Shown here piece after piece: positions 40,259 through 50,468 of a stretch of 64,000 nucleotides of DNA. Under the pieces are notes generated by a model. The model did not search any database, was not told the DNA's origin, and saw nothing but the letters and a program-made list of their open reading frames with translations. Origin of the DNA: PVC group bacterium. Lineage in GTDB: Bacteria; Omnitrophota; Gorgyraeia; B26-G9. Made by a program: the position numbers and the translations under genes. How positions within the stretch are numbered: the stretch's first letter is position 1; each line of letters starts with the position of its first letter. The stretch spans positions 3,112 through 67,111 of the forward strand of contig JAAEQR010000206.1 in assembly GCA_024231215.1 (NCBI GenBank), in the 5' to 3' direction.

Positions 40259-40758
40259 TTTCCCTTCTCAATCATTGTTTTTATTTCTTTTTGGTATGCT
40301 TCAATTAATTTATTAGTGGATGAATTATACGTTCCCCATATACCCAAAAACAGACTAATTGCAATTATAACAAGCGTAATTATTACCTTAAACAGGTCAC
40401 CACTTTTATTTTTAACAAAATCAAAAACCACTTTTCCTATTCCATCTATTGTTTTTCCTATTTTTTCATGGTGTTCATCATTTTCTTTTCGATTTTCTTT
40501 GAGGTTGCTTTCTATTCCTTCTATTGATTTTTCAATGTAATCAATTTTTAGCCCATGGAGAGATGTTACTTTTTCTGTTTCTGTTTGTTTATCCTCATTT
40601 ACCTCTGTTCGTGTTTTTAATTTATCGATAGCCTCAAATATTTTTTGATGTTCTACCAATTCTGATACTTTTTCAATCGTATAATTTGCTTTTATGCTTA
40701 CATCTTCTACTTGATCTGTCAAAATATCTACTTTTTTTTCTATGTTTTCTTTAGCCAT
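40255..40758 (-). CDS. Coiled-coil protein with a C-terminal transmembrane helix
   Basis: Heptad region followed by VIITLVIIAISLFLGIW. Confidence 0.6.
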   Translation of the reverse strand: MAKENIEKKVDILTDQVEDVSIKANYTIEKVSELVEHQKIFEAIDKLKTRTEVNEDKQTETEKVTSLHGLKIDYIEKSIEGIESNLKENRKENDEHHEKIGKTIDGIGKVVFDFVKNKSGDLFKVIITLVIIAISLFLGIWGTYNSSTNKLIEAYQKEIKTMIEKGK

Positions 40759-40908
40759 AATAATAATTTATATCAGAATGTGTTTTTTTTCAACCTTACA
40801 TTAAATTCAACAACGTTAGGGCAAATGGTGCTGTTACGCTTTACCAATGGCATCCATTTGATCTGTTGTGTATTGTAAAAATTATTTCCATATTCTTTAG
40901 TGAGCGAT

Positions 40909-41100
40909 TTAAATACAACCACCACAATGCCAGTGTTCTCCACATGATGGACAACTTCCACATCCACAATATTGGCAAACTTCACACTCTTCTTCACATT
41001 GACTATCAACAACATTATCTTCTGTTATCACTGTGCCACACCCACATTTAAGAGGTAATTCGCATGGCCCACATGGATAATTTTCAGCAACATTTTTCAT
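40909..41100 (-). CDS. Small Cys-rich (zinc-binding) protein
   Basis: Multiple CxxC pairs; GGAGG SD. Confidence 0.6.
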   Translation of the reverse strand: MKNVAENYPCGPCELPLKCGCGTVITEDNVVDSQCEEECEVCQYCGCGSCPSCGEHWHCGGCI

Positions 41101-41173
41101 AATTTCCTCCAGCGAACGGTTTATAATTTAAGAATAATTTTTATTGTACACAACTATATAAAGGGTCGACAAA

Positions 41174-41605
41174 TTAAACAAAATCTAATATTCTTTGTAC
41201 TTCGTCCTTCAACTCTTCTTCTGTACTTGCTGGCAAAAAATGATTTATGATAACATCAATAGCTTTGGAGTACAATTCCTCAAATTCAATATCATCCATT
41301 TTGTTAAATGCGATTGATTTTACCATATATATTTCTTTGCCTTTTATGGTTGTATGGATATTATAATATCCACAACGAAGAGTAATTTCACGTCTTAGCG
41401 CTTCCTTTGAATCATACTTTTCTTGGTTTGGAAACACAACTTGATTTATAAGGACAAAAAATTTTCTGTGTTTAATTTGGTCTCTGGGTTTCCATATTTC
41501 TGCTGTATATGTTTGGCCATGCTTGTATTTTTTCATAATATTGTACGACTCTTCATCGGCTGCTTCAAATTTTCCAAACACTTTTTTAACGTAAAATCTG
41601 GCCAC
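41174..41605 (-). CDS. DUF1367/NinB-like protein
   Basis: KPR....HRKFF, SIAF.KMD..EF..LY. Confidence 0.75.
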   Translation of the reverse strand: MARFYVKKVFGKFEAADEESYNIMKKYKHGQTYTAEIWKPRDQIKHRKFFVLINQVVFPNQEKYDSKEALRREITLRCGYYNIHTTIKGKEIYMVKSIAFNKMDDIEFEELYSKAIDVIINHFLPASTEEELKDEVQRILDFV

Positions 41606-41623
41606 ACTTATTATCCTTTATAA

Positions 41624-42175
41624 TTAGTTGGATTCATTTTTCATAACTTCTTGGTCTATGTGATCGTCAACCCGTTGCATAATTTTGCGCTCTCTCTCAT
41701 ACATTCTTTGCTTTTGATTGTACACAATAGCTTCTTTTAATCCCCATATTCGTTTTGCACATACCCTATTGGCCTCATACACTTCATCTTGTGACCATTG
41801 ATATCGTGATTTTATCACTGCCTCCCTTATTTTTCTTACTTTTAGTGTGCCTGGATAATACATAGACTCACACACAACAAGTATTCCCGCTTTTTCTGGA
41901 ATATAGCCTATGTGTTTTTCCAAATAATGCGGAATAGCAAAATATAGTTTTTTAATTTTTGGGCTGTCATGGGTATGATATTTTTCACTATCTCTTTTCA
42001 GGTCTTGAAGGCTTACTTTAATTTCTACTTCATACGCATACCTACTCCCTGTTATAATTAGTAAGTCCAATTCATAATTAAACATACTCCAAAAAATATT
42101 AGGAACAATAGTGTTTCTTCTTATCCCAAAATACTTAGCTATTTCACACTCCATTTCAAGCGTTGTTATTTTCAT
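41624..42175 (-). CDS. PD-(D/E)xK nuclease-fold protein (MmcB-like)
   Basis: ELDLL...YEVEIKVS..DLKRD..K, LYFAIP. Confidence 0.65.
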   Translation of the reverse strand: MKITTLEMECEIAKYFGIRRNTIVPNIFWSMFNYELDLLIITGSRYAYEVEIKVSLQDLKRDSEKYHTHDSPKIKKLYFAIPHYLEKHIGYIPEKAGILVVCESMYYPGTLKVRKIREAVIKSRYQWSQDEVYEANRVCAKRIWGLKEAIVYNQKQRMYERERKIMQRVDDHIDQEVMKNESN

Positions 42176-42293
42176 TTTTTTTACTCTTCCTCAAATACAA
42201 ACCTTTTTTCTATCATATCACACACCTGATTTTTGGCTATTTTTGTTAGTGATACAATACAATCAGATGAAATTTCTCCACTAAATAATTTAT

Positions 42294-42608
42294 TTAATCT
42301 CTGACATTTTTTTCAATTTCTTTTTCATAATCAAATTGTCGCTCAATTTCTTTTTTATAAATTCCAGGTTCTATTGTTTGTTTGCCATGCTCTTGATGAT
42401 CAATTTCTAAATTTTTTAACACGTTTAGATATATATTCTCATCAGACACAAAAACTTCTAAATTTTTTGTGTCATTAATAACATGAGTATGTGTTCCCTC
42501 GCCTTTTTCAACGACATATTTGTTTTTAATACGAATTTTTTTAGAATTAATCGGCAATTTTTCTACTTTTTTCAACAAAACATCTCCGTGTTGATTGGTA
42601 ATCATCAT
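42294..42608 (-). CDS. Conserved phage protein (QHGDV...GE..H.H...H.EH)
   Basis: Motif pattern commonly seen beside DUF6745-type genes. Confidence 0.6.
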   Translation of the reverse strand: MMITNQHGDVLLKKVEKLPINSKKIRIKNKYVVEKGEGTHTHVINDTKNLEVFVSDENIYLNVLKNLEIDHQEHGKQTIEPGIYKKEIERQFDYEKEIEKNVRD

Positions 42609-42614
42609 TATCTC

Positions 42615-43874
42615 CTATGTTAATTGTTTGGGTAATTTATTTATTAAAGTTTTTTCATTTTCATCAGAAATTTTCCCTAGATCGTTTCTTTCAATAATTT
42701 TGAGTTTCCACAATCGCGCCTGAGCTGCTGTTGGTGTTTCTGGTGGGACTGGTTGTGCATAATAATACCCAGAAATAGAAGCATGTTCATAATACAAATA
42801 CAATCTATCCATATCGTTTGCCTTTAGATTTAACAACTCATACCCACGCCCTGTGTTCGGGTCAGTCCATTTGTTTATACATTTAGCGTTTAATTTTTTT
42901 AATACAATATCTGCACCTATTTTATTTATTATTTCTCGCTGTACATCTACATTTTTTTCAGATAATATTAAGTTTGGATCTAATTTATCACCTGGGGTTT
43001 CAACTATATTTTGAGGCACATTAACACCGTTTAACATATACAGCCCATATCCGTCACTATAACGTAGCGCCATTTTATTTTCGTGATTAAGTTGGCCACG
43101 ATTATTTATATATATATATTGAGGCCGCTCACAAACAAATACAATATTTTCAAAATTATAACACCACCCACATGATTTTGATAAAACATACCAATCATTA
43201 ATTATTTCAAAATTATAATCAGTGTTTAATAGTTTATATTTTTGATAAAATAAATAGTATCCAATCCAACTAATATCATGCTGACCATATGACCACGTTT
43301 GGGTTATATCTGTATTATCCCAGATATTATCCCAGATATTAGCCCCGATATTATCCCCGATATTATCCCTGATATTAGCCCTGATATTATCCCAGATATT
43401 AGCCCTGATATTATCCCCGATATTATCCCCGATATTATCCCTGATATTAGCCCTGATATTATCCCAGATATTATCCCAGATATTAGCCCTGATATTATCC
43501 CCGATATAATCCCTGATATTAGCCCTGATATTATCCCAGATATTATCCCCGATATTATCCCTGATATTAGCCCCGATATTATCCCAGATATTAGCCCTGA
43601 TATTAGCCCCGATATTATCCCCGATATTATCCCTGATATTATCCCTGATATTATCCCTGATATTATCCTTGATATTAATAATTATATTTGCTTGTAATGG
43701 ACTTTGGCAATACCAATATTTAGGATTTTTATATCCTAAAATATTATAAAATTTATTCCAAATTTTTTCTACATTTTTTTTATCAGTTTTTTCTGTTGAG
43801 CGTCCTATTTCTAAACAGTGTTTTTGCCACTCGTTTATTTTGTTCTCCAAATTGTCTACATGTGTTATTTTCAT
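42615..43874 (-). CDS. DUF6745-like protein with a tetrapeptide repeat tract
   Basis: QSP before the repeats; GQHDISW, SCGW, CERP, LNHE..A..YSDG. Confidence 0.72.
   Translation of the reverse strand: MKITHVDNLENKINEWQKHCLEIGRSTEKTDKKNVEKIWNKFYNILGYKNPKYWYCQSPLQANIIINIKDNIRDNIRDNIRDNIGDNIGANIRANIWDNIGANIRDNIGDNIWDNIRANIRDYIGDNIRANIWDNIWDNIRANIRDNIGDNIGDNIRANIWDNIRANIRDNIGDNIGANIWDNIWDNTDITQTWSYGQHDISWIGYYLFYQKYKLLNTDYNFEIINDWYVLSKSCGWCYNFENIVFVCERPQYIYINNRGQLNHENKMALRYSDGYGLYMLNGVNVPQNIVETPGDKLDPNLILSEKNVDVQREIINKIGADIVLKKLNAKCINKWTDPNTGRGYELLNLKANDMDRLYLYYEHASISGYYYAQPVPPETPTAAQARLWKLKIIERNDLGKISDENEKTLINKLPKQLT
43317..43676. repeat. 12-bp tandem repeat, about 30 units, encoding NI(R/G/W)(D/A)
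   Basis: Visible AT/AG-CCC-N-GATATT units. Confidence 0.95.
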
Positions 43875-44224
43875 TTTGTACCTCTAACGTTAAATTTTTT
43901 TGCTAATTCTCCAGCTATTTTTCTCACTTCTGCTTGTTCTTGGCCAGTAGGTTTTTTCCCCGGATCAAAAGTATTACACGTTTTTTTTGTGGCTTCAACG
44001 GCCTGTCTAAAATCATACATGTTCGGGAATTTATTGTATTTCGAGTCATGGTTTAGCTTTAGCCAATTACAAGCATTATCTAATTTTTCATATGAATATT
44101 TTTCCACATATGGCCAGAGTATTGTATCAGCAAATAATTTATCTGTTCTGGCATTGGGAGAATTAAGAAGGTTTAATTCAACAACTAATTGTTTTATTCT
44201 TTTATCAAATTGTGTTTTGTTCAT
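43871..44224 (-). CDS. Hypothetical protein (possible helicase-loader/inhibitor type)
   Basis: Close downstream of the initiator; KFP...DF motif. Confidence 0.4.
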   Translation of the reverse strand: MNKTQFDKRIKQLVVELNLLNSPNARTDKLFADTILWPYVEKYSYEKLDNACNWLKLNHDSKYNKFPNMYDFRQAVEATKKTCNTFDPGKKPTGQEQAEVRKIAGELAKKFNVRGTK

Positions 44225-44411
44225 GTAGCTTTCCTTTCTAAACAGTCCAAGAGATAGTTTGCAAGTTCGTGCTGTTCTTCTAATTCTCGCTTGTACCTTT
44301 CCTCCTGTCTCCCATATTTAATAATCCCAGGGAATAAGAAAAGGAATCCATGTAAATTTCGAATCCCATATGGTTTATTGTCGTTGTAAATTATTTTCAA
44401 ATCATTCATTA

Positions 44412-45119
44412 TCAATCATCCCATACTGTTTTTTGTTGAAGTTGGTTGCAATCTTTTTTCAACCACTTGCCAGCAGTTAAAAATAGGCTTATATAGTTAG
44501 TATTTTTACGATAGTTTTCAATCCTATCTAAAACATCATCAATCTGTTCTTTTGAATAAGCTTTGTTTAGTTTTTCAAATTCACAATTGGTTATTTTCAA
44601 ATGACGGAATTTTCTATATACGTTATTGCTAGTAACTATCTTACTAGGTATATCATTATCATAGTTATATTCATATTCATATTCATTTTCATAGAAAGTT
44701 TTGTCAAACTTTTCAAAAACTTTATATAAAGTTTTCCTAAACTTTGGATAAGTGTCTAAAAAACAATGCCATAGAGTGGTACGGAAATCATATACGTCTC
44801 TAAGTATTGATTTCTCTATGAGATCTGGTCTCCCAATCCTTTGACCGTTATACCTGTAGAAGTTTTTAACAAACACATAACTACCATCTTTATCATAAAA
44901 AATATTAGGGTGTATACTTAATAGTGTCTTTTTCACTTTATCAGATTTCCAGTTAAGGACAAAGCCTATTTTTTTAAATGATATTTTGTAGATACCAGAC
45001 TCAGTACATTTACTATTTGTTATGAGATAAAAGAAGAGTGTTTTTTGTGCATCAGTGTATTTTAAAAACTTATCTTCATCATCCCAGATTGCTATATATA
45101 CAGGTCTATATCTTGCCAT
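44412..45119 (-). CDS. Phage replication initiator/replisome organiser
   Basis: IW.D..F......LFFYLITN....GIY N-terminus; YEYEY linker; C-terminal helical domain ending KWL. Confidence 0.7.
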   Translation of the reverse strand: MARYRPVYIAIWDDEDKFLKYTDAQKTLFFYLITNSKCTESGIYKISFKKIGFVLNWKSDKVKKTLLSIHPNIFYDKDGSYVFVKNFYRYNGQRIGRPDLIEKSILRDVYDFRTTLWHCFLDTYPKFRKTLYKVFEKFDKTFYENEYEYEYNYDNDIPSKIVTSNNVYRKFRHLKITNCEFEKLNKAYSKEQIDDVLDRIENYRKNTNYISLFLTAGKWLKKDCNQLQQKTVWDD

Positions 45120-45534
45120 TACATTCCTTTATTGCTTTATGTATTGCCTCTATACAAAAATCATACTTTGTGACAAAAAACATTATTTCGTCTTTGAAAG
45201 ATTTTTTGTCTGCATAAAAATGCAAGTTTTCGCTTATATAAACTAGCTCTCTTGATAAAAATCCGTTGCCTCTCATATCACTACTAAAAATAGATAGGTT
45301 TTCATACAATCCATTGTGTTCGTCTTTGTGGCATTTATCACAAAGTGTTATTATTTGGTAGTTGTAATATTCCCAAGGATACAATTCCTCATAGTAAACA
45401 GTATGGTGGGCATGTAGTTGATCATCTTTAGATTTACACAATCTGCAAGTAAATTCATCTCGCTCCAATATCTCAAGCCGTTTCTTTTGCCATTTAGGAT
45501 CTTTGAAACTATTAAAGTATTCTTTCTTGGTCAT
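45106..45534 (-). CDS. HNH endonuclease
   Basis: [16 protein letters not shown]....HAHH...TLCDKCH..EH. Confidence 0.85.
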   Translation of the reverse strand: MTKKEYFNSFKDPKWQKKRLEILERDEFTCRLCKSKDDQLHAHHTVYYEELYPWEYYNYQIITLCDKCHKDEHNGLYENLSIFSSDMRGNGFLSRELVYISENLHFYADKKSFKDEIMFFVTKYDFCIEAIHKAIKECNGKI

Positions 45535-45562
45535 TTTATTTACCTTTAGCGGTTATCACCCA

Positions 45563-45853
45563 TTATCCGTAATATCCTAATCCTGTGTGTTGTCGAGGGT
45601 TTTTAAATATTTTTTTAATTAATTCTATATTACATTTTTTCCTATGTAACTGAGTTTTACCTTTTTTAGGATGATTTATTACTGTTGAAATAGTTAGTGT
45701 AGACATGTAGACATTTATCCGTACACCATTTTTTTGATAGCTCACCATAAAATTAGGTTTATTTTCAAATGTTTTTTTGTAACCATTTTCAGAAGCAATT
45801 TTGTTAACCGCTGTTTTATTTTCTTTTATTTCGGTTTGGTCTGGTTTGGACAT
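45563..45853 (-). CDS. Hypothetical protein
   Basis: AGGA SD; first full gene after the structured leader. Confidence 0.6.
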   Translation of the reverse strand: MSKPDQTEIKENKTAVNKIASENGYKKTFENKPNFMVSYQKNGVRINVYMSTLTISTVINHPKKGKTQLHRKKCNIELIKKIFKNPRQHTGLGYYG

Positions 45854-45894
45854 TATTAATCCTGTTTATTTGGTATTAATTTCATTCAAATAAA

Positions 45895-45953
45895 GAAGGG
45901 ACTCAATACAGCCCGAAAGCAAGGGACTAACTTGCTACTGTATCAAGCCCTTC
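45895..45953 (-). ncRNA. Structured RNA with segments antisense to its own upstream leader (c4/CI-like logic)
   Basis: About 17-bp outer stem with G-U pairs only on the - strand; inner AGCAAG/CUUGCU with loop UUAGUCC; UUUCGG segment. Confidence 0.62.
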
Positions 45954-46023
45954 ATAATTTTCTTATTCATTGATTTAGTCCTTTTGTAGTTGAGACTATT
46001 TCGGTTTATCTCTATTCCCCTAT

Positions 46024-46052
46024 AATATAACACAATTATAATTAATTTACAA
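46024..46052 (-). promoter_or_regulatory. sigma70-type promoter for the replication module
   Basis: TTGTAA-17 nt-TATATT on the - strand. Confidence 0.6.
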
Positions 46053-46063
46053 TGGTTTTAAAT

Positions 46064-46444
46064 TTAAAAAGGCAAATCATCCATTGTTCCAAAATCCGAA
46101 CGTTTTTTATCTATTTTTGAGGTACTATAAGAAATTTCAGTATTCACAGCAACTTCAAATTCATTTTCGCAGTCCTCACATTCCAATTTACCGGATGAAT
46201 AATCCCAGGAATCGGCAAATTCATAGCCGCAATAAGGGCAAATAATTTCACCTGTAAATTGTGTTTCACCGCCAAACTTTTCAATTCTTTTTTCTACTCT
46301 ATTTTTGTGGCAACTATAACACAATAAACCCTCTATATAGTAACATAAATTTTCTTTTGTTTTACAATCGGCGCAAAAATAGTGTTTCTCGCACCTATCC
46401 AAATGTTCAGGGTCTTTTTTGGCGCATATTTCACATTTAAACAT
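46064..46444 (-). CDS. Zinc-finger protein
   Basis: Several CxxC pairs (CPYC...CEDC). Confidence 0.65.
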   Translation of the reverse strand: MFKCEICAKKDPEHLDRCEKHYFCADCKTKENLCYYIEGLLCYSCHKNRVEKRIEKFGGETQFTGEIICPYCGYEFADSWDYSSGKLECEDCENEFEVAVNTEISYSTSKIDKKRSDFGTMDDLPF

Positions 46445-46668
46445 AATTATTGCCTCTCTGTGTTAACTAATTATACATTCATTGGCGTACGCAGGTGTTA
46501 TACAAATGCTATCTTTGTTTCCCAACAAATCAATTTTGTTTATTCGGACGCTATCGTCAACGTCAAGTGTAATTGTCAATTGTTTATTTCCAACTTGTAT
46601 GACAATACGTTCTAATGGGTTATTAATATTTTTATCAGAATTTAGCCTTGTTAAAAACATTTGTGATT

Positions 46669-47151
46669 TCACAATTCAATTCCTTTCTCTTCGCAGAGTT
46701 TTTTAATTTTCTCAGCAACTTCAATATATTCCTCAACTAATTTAATTACCGCATCAGGGTCTTTCATTTTATTCACAGCGACATCCCGCGCCCATAACTT
46801 TTGTTTTCCGTGCAATCGACCTTTTTTTGATTTTAATTCGAGCATGAGATTTAAATTAAATTTTTCACCTAATCTGATAAAACATGGGTTGTCTGGGCAC
46901 CCGGCAAGGCCGTTATTGTATTTGCCATTTCTGCCTCGTGCGCCTCCTGATAGTAATGCACACACTTTCGGGGCGTTTAGCGTTAACCATTTCCACACAC
47001 CATCCGGAATGTGGAAGTTTTTTATTTTTCTAACAGACAACAAATCATCCACAAGCTTCTGTAAATCTGCCTCAGTAATATCAACTTTGCCGATATTATT
47101 TTCACCCTTATAATATCTTCCGCATTGCTTTTTTTTAGATATTGGGTTCAT
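46669..47151 (-). CDS. VRR-NUC-like nuclease
   Basis: TEADLQ, FHIPD, AGCPD, LELKSKKGRL...Q. Confidence 0.7.
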   Translation of the reverse strand: MNPISKKKQCGRYYKGENNIGKVDITEADLQKLVDDLLSVRKIKNFHIPDGVWKWLTLNAPKVCALLSGGARGRNGKYNNGLAGCPDNPCFIRLGEKFNLNLMLELKSKKGRLHGKQKLWARDVAVNKMKDPDAVIKLVEEYIEVAEKIKKLCEEKGIEL

Positions 47152-47176
47152 TTAATTAATCCTTTGGTAATTAGAT

Positions 47177-47298
47177 ATGGAGAGCAGCCCAAGTAGTCCG
47201 GTTGCGTAAGCGGACTGACAGTTTATTACTCCCTTGTAGCCGGGCTGGCCTTGTCGAGGGCTAGGCGATTATTTTTTTCATCCTGAACCACTCCCCAT
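47177..47298 (-). ncRNA. Candidate structured RNA, about 120 nt
   Basis: 17-bp closing helix AUGGGGAGUGGUUCAGG/CUUGGGCUGCUCUCCAU needs G-U pairs available only on the - strand; two inner hairpins; GC-rich intergenic island. Confidence 0.6.
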
Positions 47299-47505
47299 TT
47301 TTTCATTTTTGCCTCTTTTTTATTCTTAATGCCTTTCGTGCTTTTGCAATTTCTTGAGCATCGAATTTTTTACTGTTGTAATTATTGCCACAATAATAAT
47401 ATTTTTTTGAATTACCTGACAATAGCGCTGCTGCCATTAGGCCGGCATAATGTTGTATTTTCATAATTTAACACCCTCAATAGTTAATTGTTATGTGTTT
47501 AATTG

Positions 47506-48108
47506 TTAACTCCTATACTTTTCAACAATATTATTTAGCTCATCAATAAATAATTCAATTTCTATTCTAAGCAAACGAATAAAGGCATCATTTCTCTCCC
47601 ACCTTACAATTAAAGGCTTAAAACCTCTACAGTAGCTCACCAAATCCCACCATTGGCGACCGGTAACCAATAGACACCCCTGTACCTGCTGGAAATGTTC
47701 GGACTCCGACCACCCATTTTCGAGCCTGTCGAGGTGAACATGTGGAGCTGCATTTTTCGTTTCAAACCCGCCATGCTCACCGACAAGCCCATCAGGAGAA
47801 CAACCAAAAGTTTTATTTTTGTCGAAGAAGCAAAATCCGACTTGTTCAACTTTGACTTCATTAATAAACTCATACATTTTTCTGGATTCATCTTCACGCT
47901 CGTGCCCAAGCTCCATATTTGCATTTGTGTATCCATTTGCCTTTTCACCGGTAACTATTTCACCAGCCAACTCATACAAGTATTTTTTTCGTTGAGATGA
48001 TCTTTTTCCGGTAGACGTAACAATCTTTTTGAAGTTAGAAGCTGTCGGCTTGCCCAATCTGGCTTGATACCATTCATCACTATTCTGTTCACAATCAATT
48101 ATTATCAT
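47506..48108 (-). CDS. YqaJ/lambda-exonuclease-family recombination exonuclease
   Basis: EQNSDEWYQARLG..TAS, GCSPDGL, ETK, QVQG. Confidence 0.92.
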   Translation of the reverse strand: MIIIDCEQNSDEWYQARLGKPTASNFKKIVTSTGKRSSQRKKYLYELAGEIVTGEKANGYTNANMELGHEREDESRKMYEFINEVKVEQVGFCFFDKNKTFGCSPDGLVGEHGGFETKNAAPHVHLDRLENGWSESEHFQQVQGCLLVTGRQWWDLVSYCRGFKPLIVRWERNDAFIRLLRIEIELFIDELNNIVEKYRS

Positions 48109-48892
48109 TGGTTTTCTCCTTTTTTGTCTCCTTTTTTATTTTTTTTATGGTTTCATTGGCATTCAAAGCGATTATTGCAATATTATGCATTTTTTTTGGA
48201 ATTGATTCGATATTTGCTACACCAAGACAATTTAAAAATTTTTCAACATTGGCTTCAGTGTGTGCAATCATATCAAGGATTTGATGTTTTTGCTCGTCAT
48301 CTATATATTCTTCCATCTCACCACTAGACCCGTCATCATCTTGGTCGTGTGTTGCTAACCCGGTTAGTGACAACAATGTATATCGTTGTAGATAGGTATT
48401 TGTTGAACCTATTGCCTGTAAATTGTTTTTCCGCCCTGAGTTATCTGCACCGGCAGAAAGCGAAGTACTTTCGCTGTAGCCCATTGAATGCGTTATGGTG
48501 CATGTTACTGTAATATTGCCGTCTTTCTGGTCTGTTTGCCATGCCGCCGATAGTCCATGTGTAGCTAATGCGCTATTGATTGTATTGGTGACATTACCAA
48601 GGCTTGCATGGGTGTATCCAGTAGCGCTCCCATCTTTATTGTTATATCCAACTTTTTTATCTTTTACAATTTTGGGTGGATCGCTTTTAAAATTTGCCAT
48701 AGCTTGAGTATAAGCTTTTTTAGCTTGCATATCATCCCACTTAGCTTGTAATTCAAGCATTTTTTCCATTTTTCCAAGATCAATATCTTTTGACATGGCC
48801 ATTTGCAATACTGCTATGGGCGAGCCATTGGACTCTATTGCTTCGATTTGTGTTTCTGCCGGAGTCTCTGCTAATTCAAATTTATTCTCCAT
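48095..48892 (-). CDS. erf: ERF-family ssDNA annealing protein
   Basis: THSMG, QAIGSTNTYLQRYTL..LTGL....DDDG. Confidence 0.9.
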   Translation of the reverse strand: MENKFELAETPAETQIEAIESNGSPIAVLQMAMSKDIDLGKMEKMLELQAKWDDMQAKKAYTQAMANFKSDPPKIVKDKKVGYNNKDGSATGYTHASLGNVTNTINSALATHGLSAAWQTDQKDGNITVTCTITHSMGYSESTSLSAGADNSGRKNNLQAIGSTNTYLQRYTLLSLTGLATHDQDDDGSSGEMEEYIDDEQKHQILDMIAHTEANVEKFLNCLGVANIESIPKKMHNIAIIALNANETIKKIKKETKKEKTNDNN

Positions 48893-50144
48893 GATAATTT
48901 TCCTCTCTATCTGCTTGATTTTCTATTTGGATAGCTTCTTTTATTTCATTCATTAGTTTAATTCCTTTTCGTAAGTTGCTCAAAACATTAAGGTTATCGG
49001 TGGCCATCTTTCTTGGGCAACATCGTCCTATTGCATTTGTAATATCCTCAACTGTTTCACTATTCCAGTTCTTAATCTGTAAGTTCATGGACATCTCCTA
49101 TGTTTGGTGGTAATTCTTTTATTGGTCTAAAATGTTCCTCGATTACATCGCCTTCACCACATTTACAATAGTATAGCGCGGTTTCTTTGTCTTTTACCTC
49201 TTTGATTAGATATTTAAATAATCCAGGTATGGTAAAACGTACATCAACAATATAATTATTTAATACTATCATTTATTCCTCCTCGTCAAGGATTTCATTA
49301 AAATTATCATATATTCTATGTGTTATACCAATGATATCCCCGGAATCAAAATTATGATTGGAAAAATATTTTGTGAGGATGTTGTCATTAATATAAGTGT
49401 ATAGTTTCATTTGTGTGTCATTGCTAAGGCTATCAAATGGTTTCATTTTTGGTTTCCTTTTCTATGGATATTCTAATCTTGCCATTATCATACGTTATTA
49501 AACTATTACTACTTCTATGGTATTCGTCTATGTCGAGATAGTCAAGCGCGTCTTGTTCAGCTATCAAGCTATAAGGAGTACCGTACTTATTGTAATCAAT
49601 CGTCCAAAACCCTAATTTATATAGTTTTTTTATAGCTCTTTTCTTGGCTAATTTTAGCAAATCATCTGGTGTAAGTTTTTTCATATTGTTTTTTCCTTTA
49701 ATTAAGAGCGATTACAATTTGTATTTTATTATTTTTATATATTAGTCGTACAGTGTCTTTGTCTGTTTTTTCTTCACCATTATAAAAAGTATAGTAATCT
49801 ACAAGCTTTTCTTTGTCTTTTATGTTTCTGTGTGCTTGATGGCCGCCAAGAAGGCTGATTCTGGGTGTTTCGCTTTGATAGTATTGATATTTCCAGAAAC
49901 CTATTTTGTTTACTATGGCATCAATGTCATATTTTTCGGCTAATTCACATATTTCTGATAGTGTGTATTTCATATTTCCTCCACAATAATATGAGTAGAA
50001 TTATCTGGTGTGTTATACCAGAAAATAACCTTTTTCCCTTTGTTTTTTTGTAGTGCTATAACGGTAAAGCTATGATTCATGTCGACATTAGACAGTAACT
50101 GTATACCTCTAGGTTCTCCAAGTTTTCTGTTTTTGTTGGCTTTT

Positions 50145-50390
50145 TTAACTGCTTTGTGAATCATTCTTACTTTTTGGGCGTATGATATCATGATTATCCT
50201 CCTGAAAAATAGATGGTGTATTGTTCAGTTTTTCCAGTAACAGGTTGATTGCATCGTCCACAACCTCAGTCCGGTATGGTGGTTTTTTGAGATATTTTTT
50301 TTCATAGATTCTTCGGATAATCTCAATTTTTGTTTTCGTAACACGCCATACTCTTACATTTGGTAGATTTTTGCTGTTTTTATATTCCAT
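50145..50390 (-). CDS. Possible ribbon-helix-helix DNA-binding protein
   Basis: NVRV strand, a helix, then TEVVDDAINLLL helix; AAGGA SD. Confidence 0.4.
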   Translation of the reverse strand: MEYKNSKNLPNVRVWRVTKTKIEIIRRIYEKKYLKKPPYRTEVVDDAINLLLEKLNNTPSIFQEDNHDIIRPKSKNDSQSS

Positions 50391-50406
50391 TAGTTTTCCT
50401 TATGAT

Positions 50407-50450
50407 TCCCCCACCCCAACCAAAACAAAAAGGATTGGTGAGGCGGAGGA
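50407..50450 (-). ncRNA. Hairpin whose loop is antisense to the shared RBS leader of the early genes
   Basis: 12-bp stem UCCUCCGCCUCA/UGGGGUGGGGGA plus CCAA/UUGG; contains UCCUUUUUGUUUUGGUU. Confidence 0.7.
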
Positions 50451-50468
50451 TATGAATTTATTTAGTGA

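Noticed and set aside
41143-41172. Possible extended -10 promoter (TGTG-TACAAT, - strand)
   Set aside because: The -35 match is poor and the region is AT-rich; not enough support to list as a feature
43317-43676. Possible CRISPR array
   Set aside because: Contiguous 12-bp units with no unique spacers, and no cas genes
43299-43697. + strand ORF of IIPD/ISPD repeats
   Set aside because: Antisense shadow of the 12-bp repeat inside the - strand gene
47177-47298. tRNA gene
   Set aside because: Closing stem too long, no T-loop GTTC motif in position, no anticodon arm geometry
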